From Candidatus Electrothrix sp. GW3-4 (GTDB lineage: Bacteria > Desulfobacterota > Desulfobulbia > Desulfobulbales > Desulfobulbaceae): 32,000 nt of DNA. The notes under the pieces were generated by a model. The model made no database searches and was not told the DNA's origin. It saw only the letters and a program-made list of their open reading frames with translations. A program made the position numbers and the translations under genes. Location of the stretch: NCBI RefSeq assembly GCF_037902255.1, contig NZ_CP147990.1, forward strand, positions 3,330,001 through 3,362,000, written 5' to 3'. Position 1 is the first letter of the stretch. The number at the start of each line of letters is the position of its first letter. This document shows positions 24,328-32,000 of this stretch, in pieces.

Positions 24328-26060
24328 GTAACCGTTCAGACCCCTCTCATTTTTTTACGCAGCAAGAGGCAGAGGAGGTACATCCAGCCCCTGACGCCGA
24401 GCCGTGATAACCTCGGCGAGATATTTCCACGGACAGGCGTTGCGCTTCCTACACGTATCAATCACACTTGCAAGTATGGCGAACACACGACTGCCTTGAT
24501 CATTACGGGTACCGTGGCTTAGTTTGCGCGCAATAACCCAATGACGTAGCGCTTGCTCCGCCTCATTATTGGTCAGGGGCCACGTCGGATTCGACAACAC
24601 ATGAAAAATAGTGTCCCAGTCGTTGAGAAATTCTCTGGCCAGCTCGCGTGTTTTTTTATGCGTTGAATCCCGATATTTCATGCAGCATTCCTTAAATTCG
24701 CCCAGGAATTCTCTGTATACTGGCAAAAGGTCCGTGGGTGGTCCCTCGCGAGCCTTGTAAATTACATCCATCAACTCGGTGAGCACCTCGTGGGCCTCGG
24801 TGCCGAATGTGCGGGGATCATCGCTCAAGCTCTGTTTCAAGCCTTTTGTCTTGCGCAGTAAATGCGCCCAGCAGCGGAGCCTGTTGAGGAATGTACGATA
24901 GGCCTTGTAGCCGTCGGTCATCAGCAACCCCTTAAAGGTTTGGCCCAGCACATAATCAAGTACTTTCCGGCTGCGAAAGCCAATGATGTAAAAGGTGACT
25001 TTCAGCGAGGTAAAGACCCATAACCACTGTTTCTTGCCCCACTCCTTCCAGGATGTCTCATCCACGAACAAGATCAGTGATTCACGCACCTCCTCAAGAA
25101 ACTCCTCGGTAAGGGGAGAAACGGCGCGGCCAGCTTCATGGATACATTGATTGATCGTGCCGATGCCCAAATCCAATCGCAGCCAATCTTGCAGAAATTC
25201 CCGGATGCGGCGGCGAGAAAGGCGCATGCGCTTGGAGAGGCACACGATCAGAGCGGTCAATTTTGGGCCGACCATGTGCCATTGGCTTATTTCAACCCCC
25301 CAGTCTTCGTTTTTTTCGAGACGATGGGGCATAAGCCGATTGACATGACCACAGCCGCCGCACGTCGTGTCTCCGTAGATATGCTTGGTGTTGATCACCT
25401 CTATTCCCGGGCCGGTGGCATCGCCCACCTCAATATCAACGACATAATGACCGGTGCGAGCGATGAAGTCGCATGTTTCGTCCAGCTCAAGGTTACAAGC
25501 CAAGCAGGTGTCTGCTTTGTGAATGATGGTGTCGTGTACGGGAAGTTTTTGCGTTCGACCATGCCCGGTGGTGCCGGGTTGCTTGCCGGGTTTGTTGCCC
25601 TTGGGGCGATCATCAATATTTTTGGGGGAATCCTGCTGGTCGGACTTGTCCGCATCTTCATCATGCTCGACGGACTCCTCGTCAGAATCGTCGAGTTCTA
25701 TGTGCGTGGCTTCGACTTGCTCTTCATCCGGTTCCTCCTCGTCGGCTTGAGCGTCGGCATCAAACCGGGCCCAGGGGAAATTTGAGCTGGGAGGCATGGA
25801 GCTGTTTTCGGAATTTTGACCCAGCCGTTCGTGAAGTTCTTTGAGGTCATCAAGAAAGAGCAGGCACAGCTCCTTTGCACTCTTACCGGGCAAGGTGTCA
25901 ATAAACTGCTTATCTATTTTTAGCAACTCTTCTCTGGACAGGTGCATGCGAACTCAGAACGTGGATAGATCTCGTAAAAAACGTTGTGACCGTTAAACTA
26001 TCGTGATCCTCTTTTTTGTCCAGTTCTTTTTTGTGTGGAATGAGGGGGGTGAACGGTTAC
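24328..26060 (-). mobile_element. IS66-family IS, single-ORF (ISBst12-like) type, copy 1 (1733 bp)
   Basis: The ends are GTAACCGTTCAGACCCCTCTCATT and its inverted partner AATGAGGGGGGTGAACGGTTAC. There are no tnpA/tnpB accessory ORFs. Confidence 0.85.
24355..25947 (-). CDS. IS66-family transposase
   Basis: 530 aa with an acidic linker, a zinc-finger-like CGGCGHVNRL, then LFVDETSW, LLMTDGYKAYR, RCWAHLLRK and NNEAEQALR. Confidence 0.85.
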   Translation of the reverse strand: MHLSREELLKIDKQFIDTLPGKSAKELCLLFLDDLKELHERLGQNSENSSMPPSSNFPWARFDADAQADEEEPDEEQVEATHIELDDSDEESVEHDEDADKSDQQDSPKNIDDRPKGNKPGKQPGTTGHGRTQKLPVHDTIIHKADTCLACNLELDETCDFIARTGHYVVDIEVGDATGPGIEVINTKHIYGDTTCGGCGHVNRLMPHRLEKNEDWGVEISQWHMVGPKLTALIVCLSKRMRLSRRRIREFLQDWLRLDLGIGTINQCIHEAGRAVSPLTEEFLEEVRESLILFVDETSWKEWGKKQWLWVFTSLKVTFYIIGFRSRKVLDYVLGQTFKGLLMTDGYKAYRTFLNRLRCWAHLLRKTKGLKQSLSDDPRTFGTEAHEVLTELMDVIYKAREGPPTDLLPVYREFLGEFKECCMKYRDSTHKKTRELAREFLNDWDTIFHVLSNPTWPLTNNEAEQALRHWVIARKLSHGTRNDQGSRVFAILASVIDTCRKRNACPWKYLAEVITARRQGLDVPPLPLAA

Positions 26061-26457
26061 ATAATTTTGTTTCAAAAGACAGCCGAAAGACTGCCGGTGA
26101 TCGGCCCCTTGCTGCGCAATATAGCGGCAGTCCAGTTTGCCCAATATTTTTCTCTGCTGACAGCCACAGGCTTTTCCTTTAAAGAATCTCTTGAAGTTGC
26201 TGCCGATTCTGTCATGAACCCGCGTTGTTCAACCCTACTCAAACGGCTCGCCAGAAAGACGGCAGGTATTGCCGACCTGGCAGCACAGATGAGGCAAAGT
26301 CGCCTGTTCCCGGAAATACTGATCCAAACAGCGGCAGTAGCCAAGACAGAAGAACAGCTTGGTACAGCAATGGGCGAAGCGGCGTCCTTTTACAGCAGAA
26401 ATATCAGCAAAGTCGCCACAAAAAAAACGGGTATGCTGGATATACTCGTATTACTTA

Positions 26458-28064
26458 CTCTACAGTCGTAAGTTCTCGGCTGACTTGCTGAGATTGTAAA
26501 ACGATCATATAATCATAGGCTTCTTCAAAAAAAGAAGCGGTGATTATATGATCAACTATTTGTATGACTCGTTAACAAGCTTTCGTACTGTTTTTTCCCG
26601 TGACAAAACCTGGCTTATTTTTGTCATGATTGTTCTCGGTTTTATTGGCAGCACAGAAATGGTCGGTGTCAGTTCTTTCTGCCGTTTCTGGTTGTTAGAA
26701 ATACCGGGCTATCACACGTTAAATCATTTTTTTCGTTCTTCGGCCTGGACTCTGAACGAATTACTGAATCATTGGTTCTTCTTTGTGAGTTCAAGTGGGT
26801 TATGTATGACCTCACAAGGACGTATCGTCACACTGGGAGACCATACTGTCCTCTCGCGAGACGGACGAAAAATGCCTGGAGTTGTTACGTTACATCAGGA
26901 CAGCGACACACAAAGTAAGCCCAGTTATTTCCGTGGGCAATGCTGGGGGGCTCTTGCTGCGGTTACCGGCGTTGCTCCCCATATGTTCGCTTTGCCGCTG
27001 ATGTTGCAAATGCATCAAGGATATCAACATTTGGGGAAAGAAAACAATGACAATGTACCAACTATGGGAGAATGCATGGTTGATATGGCTCTATTTTTTG
27101 CACTGAGGACGAACCAGCCTTCTCTATTGGTTCTGGACGCTTTCTTCTCTACAAAAACAGTTTTTAACCGAGCCAAAACGATATACTCATTGACTCTTCA
27201 GCAGCCTTTGGTGGAAATTATTGTCCGGGCAAAAAAGAATTATGTCGCTTATTTTCAAGCAGATCCAAAAGACTATAAGGGATCAGGTTGCTACGCAAAA
27301 TACGGTGAAAAAGTTCATCTGATGGAGATTTTTGACCATCAGAGTTGTTTTGCTACAGTTGAAGCACGTATCTACAATAAGGTTGAAACGATCAAGCTGT
27401 ATCATCTTGATTTACTGTGGCAGCCTTTGCGCACCACTCTTCGTTTTGTTTTTGCCGAAACATCTCATGGTCGTATTGTGCTTATGTGTAGCAACGTATC
27501 ACAGGACCCACTGGCAGCAATTGAACTGTACTGCCTTAGGGTACGAATTGAAACCATGTTCGATATGCTTAAAAATGTTATCCATGCATTTCAGTGTCAT
27601 TTCTGGTCAAAAGGGATGCCAAAACACTCCAGAAAACCCAGAAGAAACAGCGAACTCATTACTCCGAAACCGAAAAACCTACAAGCCATTCAACGATGCT
27701 GGGATGCGACAGAAGGGTTTGTGAATATTGGTGCAATCACCTTGGGATTGCTCCAGTTGGTCGCAACGCTGTTCTCCACGGAGATTTGGCATCAGTATGA
27801 AGGGTTCCTCAAGACACGTTCACGGGAAATACCTTCTGAACGAACAACGAAAAATGTTCTTGCCGGTTTGCTTATGCGTGATTTTCTCAATGTCGCTCCC
27901 AGTGCAATAATGCGAAAAATCCGCTCCACGATTTTGAAGGGTAAAATTGAGGATAAGATTTTTCGAGATTCAAACGTGTGGACCAGGAAAGCAGCATAAC
28001 CCAACGCAAATACTAAAGGCAGCTTTAATTGATCATAAACCGTTGAGAACTTACGACTGTAGAG
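26458..28064 (+). mobile_element. IS4-family IS (ISPepr1-like by size and TSD) inserted in pilC with a 7-bp TSD TTACTTA
   Basis: Perfect 20-bp IRs CTCTACAGTCGTAAGTTCTC. TTACTTA occurs at 26451-26457 and 28065-28071. Confidence 0.9.
26548..27999 (+). CDS. IS4-family DDE transposase
   Basis: 483 aa with a Y-2-R-3-E-6-K motif (YCLRVRIETMFDMLK), plus LGDHTVLSRDG and LVLDAFFS. Confidence 0.8.
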   Translation: MINYLYDSLTSFRTVFSRDKTWLIFVMIVLGFIGSTEMVGVSSFCRFWLLEIPGYHTLNHFFRSSAWTLNELLNHWFFFVSSSGLCMTSQGRIVTLGDHTVLSRDGRKMPGVVTLHQDSDTQSKPSYFRGQCWGALAAVTGVAPHMFALPLMLQMHQGYQHLGKENNDNVPTMGECMVDMALFFALRTNQPSLLVLDAFFSTKTVFNRAKTIYSLTLQQPLVEIIVRAKKNYVAYFQADPKDYKGSGCYAKYGEKVHLMEIFDHQSCFATVEARIYNKVETIKLYHLDLLWQPLRTTLRFVFAETSHGRIVLMCSNVSQDPLAAIELYCLRVRIETMFDMLKNVIHAFQCHFWSKGMPKHSRKPRRNSELITPKPKNLQAIQRCWDATEGFVNIGAITLGLLQLVATLFSTEIWHQYEGFLKTRSREIPSERTTKNVLAGLLMRDFLNVAPSAIMRKIRSTILKGKIEDKIFRDSNVWTRKAA

Positions 28065-28160
28065 TTACTTATTATCGGCCTATTGGTCGGTATACTGGTT
28101 ATTAGCATGTATCTGCCAATTTTCACTATGGCTGACGCAATATAACGTGAGGATGACAGC

Positions 28161-28679
28161 ATGAGCAAAGTACCGATTGTCAGAAATAGCAAAATGGTCG
28201 GAAGCATGCAGGGATTCACCTTGATAGAGCTGATGATTGTCATCGCAATCATGGGTATTCTCTCTACCATCGCTATCCCATCGTATCAGGACCGGGTGAT
28301 CAGAGCGCAGCTGACCGAGGCGTTCAATATGGCAGAATTCGCTCAACAGGGCATAGAGGAGTATTACAAGGAAATACAGCAGCTGCCGGTGAACAATGTC
28401 GCCGCAGGCCTGCCTCCAGCAGAAAAAATTGTCGGTAATTATGTGACCAGTCTGACAGTTGACCAAGGCGGCGTGATCAATATCAGCCTTGGAAATAGAG
28501 CAAATAAAAACATTGTCGGCAAGATGGTCAGTCTGCGTCCCGCTATTGTTGAAGATGAACCGACAGTGCCGATTGCCTGGGTGGGCGGCTATGCTTCAGT
28601 GCCGGAAAAAATGACTGTGCAGGGAGAAAACAAAACAAATGTTCTACTCCGCCACCTGCCGATGAGCTACCGTTATTAA
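28161..28679 (+). CDS. pilA: type IV pilin (prepilin with a GFTLIELMIV N-methylation motif)
   Basis: MSKVPIVRNSKMVGSMQG|FTLIELMIVIAIMGILSTIAIPSYQDRV. A GAGGA SD lies 7 nt before 28161. Alternative starts at 28194 or 28206 would give a short type IVa leader. Confidence 0.85.
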   Translation: MSKVPIVRNSKMVGSMQGFTLIELMIVIAIMGILSTIAIPSYQDRVIRAQLTEAFNMAEFAQQGIEEYYKEIQQLPVNNVAAGLPPAEKIVGNYVTSLTVDQGGVINISLGNRANKNIVGKMVSLRPAIVEDEPTVPIAWVGGYASVPEKMTVQGENKTNVLLRHLPMSYRY

Positions 28680-28716
28680 AATTCGTATCCTTGGAGAACT
28701 TGCCAAGACTACATTT

Positions 28717-28975
28717 CCCTCCACCGCCTTTTTGCACGGCAAGGTATCGTATTCAGGCGAAGACCACTCCTGCCTGCTCTGTATAATGCTGCTCACTACC
28801 TCATTATTTTCCAGTTCTATATCATACAGCCCATCCTTCAGCTTTGTTATGATCTCTCTGTCCAACGGATGATCAGCGATGATCAGAAAATCCCGGTCAG
28901 AGTCCTGCCGGGCTGCATTGGCGGACACGGGGACCGTGCAGAATTACTTTCGCATCAGGCAGCAGAGCAACTGCC
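28717..28975 (-). repeat. R6: MNT pseudogene repeat, truncated at both ends, immediately downstream of pilA
   Basis: The reverse complement reads ..RAVALLPDAKVILHGPRV, then the +1 shift, then ANAARQDSDRDFLIIADHPLDREIITKLKDGLYDIELENNEVVSSIIQSRQEWSSPEYDTLPCKKAVEG. Confidence 0.8.
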
Positions 28976-29015
28976 CGTCCTGTTTACGGCAGCAGTCGTT
29001 TGACCATTCTTCGAC

Positions 29016-29070
29016 TTGCATGTTCACATTTTGTGTACTATAATTTATACATAAAAAAATTGCATAGTAC
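29016..29070 (+). promoter_or_regulatory. strong sigma70-type promoter TTGCAT-17-TATAAT with an overlapping 7-bp inverted repeat GTACTAT...ATAGTAC (likely HigA operator)
   Basis: -35 at 29016-29021 and -10 at 29039-29044. Inverted-repeat arms lie at 29035-29041 and 29064-29070, about 45 nt upstream of higB. Confidence 0.55.
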
Positions 29071-29087
29071 GAACCCGAAAATCCAAC

Positions 29088-29399
29088 ATGCATGTAATTT
29101 CCCGCAAACCGTTTAATGATGCAGCTAAAAAATACCCGAACAATGCCGGTGCCATTGATGCCCTGTATAAAACTTTAAGAAACGGCTCGTTTGAATCTCC
29201 TGCCGCCCTTCGGGAATTATTCCCCAGCCTGGACAACTTCAAGTATAAAGACAAGTGGTGGATCATTGATATAGGTGGCAACAACTTGAGACTTATAGCT
29301 TTCATTGAGTTTCGAGATAATCGGATGTACGTGAAACACATCGTGCCGCACAGCGAATACGACAAGCTCTGTAAAAAATATGCCAAGGAGGCTGACTGA
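29088..29399 (+). CDS. higB: HigB-family mRNA interferase toxin
   Basis: MHVISRKPFNDAAKKYPN...FPSLDNFKYKDKWWIIDIGGNNLRLIAFIEFRDNRMYVKHIVPHSEYDKL matches the HigB_toxin family pattern. Confidence 0.85.
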   Translation: MHVISRKPFNDAAKKYPNNAGAIDALYKTLRNGSFESPAALRELFPSLDNFKYKDKWWIIDIGGNNLRLIAFIEFRDNRMYVKHIVPHSEYDKLCKKYAKEAD

Positions 29400-29824
29400 T
29401 GGATTTTTCGTGTATAAAGACAAAGGCTGACGATTTGTTCAGGGAAGCCGGTTTTCTCAGCAGCATCAACACGGAAGCTGAGTATGAACAGGCATTGCAC
29501 CTGATGGAAGAGCTGATTGAGGAGTATGATAAATACGTTCCTCTAATTGAAATGCTCTCCGCTTCCATTGAACGATGGGAGCATGAATCGGATGAATTTA
29601 CTCAATTTAATCAAAGGATTGATGGTCTGGACGACGGGGTTGCCGTGCTCAGAACCCTGATGGATCAGTATCGCCTCAAAACTGATGATCTGCGTGAGGA
29701 GATCGGCGGCAGGAGTCTGGTCTCCATGATCCTGAACGGATCACGCAAGCTCACCCGTGATCATATTCAGGCCCTTTCGGATCGGTTCCACCTTTCACCG
29801 TCGGTCTTTTTTAGCAGGGCATAG
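29399..29824 (+). CDS. higA: HigA-type HTH antitoxin
   Basis: 141 aa with a C-terminal HTH (LKTDDLREEIGGRSLVSMILNGSRKLTRDHIQALSDRFHLSPSVFF). An ATGA-type overlap joins it to higB. Confidence 0.8.
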   Translation: MDFSCIKTKADDLFREAGFLSSINTEAEYEQALHLMEELIEEYDKYVPLIEMLSASIERWEHESDEFTQFNQRIDGLDDGVAVLRTLMDQYRLKTDDLREEIGGRSLVSMILNGSRKLTRDHIQALSDRFHLSPSVFFSRA

Positions 29825-29860
29825 ATCAATCAAATACATGAGGTTGCACAAGCCGGATCG

Positions 29861-30177
29861 CCCTCTCTCTCCACCGCCTCTTTGAACGGCAACGCATCGT
29901 ATTCAGGCGAAGACCATTCCTGCCTGCTCCGTATAATGCTGCTCACCACCTCATCATTTTCCAGTTCAATATCATACAGCCCACCCTTCAGCTTTGTTAT
30001 GTTCTCCCTGTCCAACGGATGATCAGCGATGATCAGAAAATCCCGGTCAGAGTCTTGCCGGGTTGCATTGGCGGACAGGGGAACCGTGCAGAATGACTTT
30101 CGCATCAGGCAGCAGACGTGTACTTCTTCCCGCACCTGATGCAGGAACTTGACCGGATTAACCAAATAAGTTACCAT
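29861..30177 (-). repeat. R7: near full-length MNT pseudogene repeat; 229 bp are 100% identical to R1 in inverted orientation
   Basis: The reverse complement of 29881-30109 equals 7866-8094. The 3' end is cut just before the MNT stop (…VEREG|DPACATSCI*). Confidence 0.85.
30149..30177 (+). promoter_or_regulatory. outward promoter TTGACC-17-TACCAT antisense within R7, facing the MNT/DUF86 cassette
   Basis: -35 at 30149-30154 and -10 at 30172-30177. The same module lies upstream of both vapBC copies. Confidence 0.45.
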
Positions 30178-30314
30178 AAGGATATGAAAAAATGCCCCGC
30201 ATATAAGATGAAACCGGAGAAGAACGTCATGGTTACAGTGTGCAGACAGGAAATCGCGGAATGGCTTCTGATGGAATACCATGCCGCTCTGCATACAGTC
30301 TGCGAGGAAATGAA

Positions 30315-30611
30315 ATGAAAACCGATCTTCCTGCAATCAGAAAAAAATTGGCACAGCGTCTTCCCTTGCTGACAGCGCAATACAAAATTAAATCGCTGGC
30401 GCTGTTCGGTTCTTACGTCCGCCACGAGCAGAACGATGCCAGCGACTTGGATATCCTGATAGAATATCAGGAAATTCCTGACCTGATCAGCTATATCGAG
30501 CTTGAAAACAGTATGTCCGATCTTCTGGGCATCAAGGTCGATCTGGTTATGAAAGACGACCTGAAACCGAGAATTGCCAAGCGCATCCTGGCGGAAGCAG
30601 TGCAGGTATGA
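30315..30611 (+). CDS. nucleotidyltransferase (MNT antitoxin) of an MNT/HEPN(DUF86) pair
   Basis: MKTDLPAIRKKLAQRLPLLTAQYKIKSLALFGSYVRHEQNDASDLDILIEY carries the GS-x9-DxD motif. A GAGGAA SD is present, and an ATGA overlap joins it to the next gene. Confidence 0.85.
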   Translation: MKTDLPAIRKKLAQRLPLLTAQYKIKSLALFGSYVRHEQNDASDLDILIEYQEIPDLISYIELENSMSDLLGIKVDLVMKDDLKPRIAKRILAEAVQV

Positions 30612-30785
30612 AGAAAAGCCGGTATTACGAGGATTACCTTGAAGATATTGTTGAGCAAATAAGGTTAGTTCGACGTTTCATCAGCGGCATGACGTATGAG
30701 CAGTTCAGTGCGGATGAGAAGACTGTCTATGCCGTGATTCGGGCTATTGAAATAATCGGCGAGGCGACAAAGAACATCCCGGAGC
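30608..30785 (+). pseudogene. DUF86-type HEPN toxin, 3'-truncated by IS66 copy 2 before the R-x4-H motif
   Basis: MKKSRYYEDYLEDIVEQIRLVRRFISGMTYEQFSADEKTVYAVIRAIEIIGEATKNIPE, then the IS66 terminus GTAACCGTTCAGACC at 30786. Confidence 0.8.
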
Positions 30786-32000
30786 GTAACCGTTCAGACC
30801 TCTCTCATTTTTTTTACGCAGCAAGAGGCAGAGGAGGCACATCCAGACCCTGGCGCCGAGCCGTGATGACCTCAGCGAGATATTTCCACGGACAGGCGTT
30901 GCGCTTCCTACACGTATCAATCACACTTGCAAGTATGGCGAACACACGACTGCCTTGATCATTACGGGTACCGTGGCTTAATTTGCGCGCAATAACCCAA
31001 TGACGTAGCGCTTGCTCCGCCTCATTATTGGTCAGGGGCCACGTCGGATTCGACAACACATGAAAAATAGTGTCCCAGTCGTTGAGAAATTCTCTGGCCA
31101 GCTCGCGTGTTTTTTTATGCGTTGAATCCCGATATTTCAGGCAGCATTCCTTGAATTCGGCCAGGAATTCTCTGTATATTGGCAAAAGGTCCGTGGGCGG
31201 CCCCTCACGAGCCTTGTAAATCGCATCCATCAGCTCGGTGAGCACGTCGTGGGCCTCGGTGCCGAATGTACGGGGATCATCACTCAAGCTCTGTTTCAAA
31301 CCTTTTGTCTTGCGCAGTAAATGCGCCCAGCAACGGAGCCTGTTGAGGAATTTACGATAGGCCTTGTAGCCGTCGGTCATCAGCAACCCCTTAAAGGTTT
31401 GCCCGAGCACATAATCAAGTACTTTCTGGCTGCGAAAGCCAATGATGTAAAAGGTGACTTTCAGCGAGGTAAAAACCCATAACCACTGTTTCTTGCCCCA
31501 CTCCTTCCAGGATGTCTCATCCACGAACAGGATCAGTGATTCACGCACCTCCTCAAGAAACTCATCGGTAAGGGGAGAAGCGGCGCGGCCAGCTTCATGG
31601 ATACATTGATTGATCGTACCGATGCCCAAATCCAATCGCAGCCAATCACGCAAAAACTCCCGGATGCGGCGGCGAGAGAGGCGCATGCGCTTGGAGAGGC
31701 ACACGATCAGAGCGACTAATGTCGGGCCGACCATGTGCCATTGGCTTATTTCAACCCCCCAGTCTTCGTTTTTTTCGAGACGATGGGGCATAAGCCGATT
31801 GACATGACCACAGCCGCCGCACGTCGTGTCTCCGTAGATATGCTTGGTGTTGATCACCTCTATTCCCGGGCCGGTGTCATCGCCTACCTCAATATCAACG
31901 ACATAATGACCTGTGCGAGCGGTGAAGTCGCATGTTTCGTCCAGCTCAAGGTTACAAGCCAAGCAGGTGTCTGCTTTGTGAATGATGGTGTCGTGTACGG
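30786..32000 (-). mobile_element. IS66-family IS, copy 2 (partial, runs off the window end)
   Basis: Same terminus as copy 1. The transposase ORF 30814-31962 is open through to base 32000 and highly similar to copy 1 (only scattered substitutions in the visible protein). Confidence 0.85.

Larger units (their letters stand above)
26061..28145 (+). pseudogene. pilC: type IV pilus assembly platform protein PilC (GspF family): N-terminal ~2/3 missing at the IS66 junction, remainder split by an IS4-family insertion
   Basis: LPVIGPLLRNIAAVQFAQYFSLLTATGFSFKESLEVAADSV...LFPEILIQTAAVAKTEEQLGTAMGEAASFY...GMLDILVLL | IIGLLVGILVISMYLPIFTMADAI*. The reading frame is restored once the IS and one TSD copy are removed. 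Confidence 0.85.

Noticed and set aside
25138-25785. 215-aa + strand ORF, plus several 65-87 aa ORFs, inside the IS66 transposase
   Set aside because: They are antisense or out of frame relative to the IS66 transposase, and they are repeated in copy 2 only because the IS is repeated.
6932-30177. The R repeats considered as a CRISPR array
   Set aside because: The repeats are about 245-380 bp (not 25-40 bp) and are protein-gene derived. The 'spacers' are 0.7-1 kb TA operons, and no cas genes are present.
29830-30336. 168-aa minus-strand ORF spanning R7 and its upstream region
   Set aside because: It is a read-through fusion of the frameshifted MNT relic with non-homologous sequence. It overlaps the well-supported + strand MNT cassette gene start and its promoter.

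Overview
About half of this 32 kb accessory region is insertion-sequence DNA (roughly 15.6 kb, at least seven IS lineages, several nested or truncated). It sits between the 3' part of a CusA/CzcA-type RND efflux gene (1-2228) and a wrecked type IV pilus locus (pilC fragments and pilA, 26.06-28.68 kb).

The structure that ordinary annotation does not explain is a two-part array of small type II toxin-antitoxin cassettes: vapBC twice, HEPN+MNT, RelE/HigB-like+XRE, UPF0175+DUF3368, higBA, and MNT+DUF86-HEPN. Neighbouring cassettes are separated by a copy of one repeat, R0-R7, with a core of about 245 bp extending to about 380 bp. The repeat is a degenerate minimal nucleotidyltransferase (MNT) gene plus the first codons of its HEPN partner, and it is always convergent with the cassette genes.

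- Six of the seven full-core copies (R1 and R3-R7; R0 survives only as an 18-bp tail) share the same +1 frameshift between the G-S and DxD catalytic motifs.
- The repeat edges are ragged.
- One copy (R1) is a mosaic of two others with 100% identity on each side.
- The repeats or their flanks carry conserved outward-facing promoter modules.

Cluster 1 (6.9-16.2 kb) and cluster 2 (28.7-30.8 kb) are in opposite orientation. A split 11-bp IS4 target duplication suggests a roughly 14 kb IS-mediated inversion produced this.

I read the array as an integron-like but integrase-less TA-cassette array held on a pseudogene repeat scaffold. Its mechanism is unknown, and decayed paralogs plus homologous recombination remain the null explanation.

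Other content:
- an Rpn-family nuclease gene
- a frameshifted PIN pair
- a low-GC (about 32% by eye) three-gene secreted-protein island cut by an IS3
- a 103-bp MITE inside an IS4 copy

All family calls come from motif recognition by eye; no database search was possible. Several frameshifts sit in homopolymer runs and may be assembly errors.
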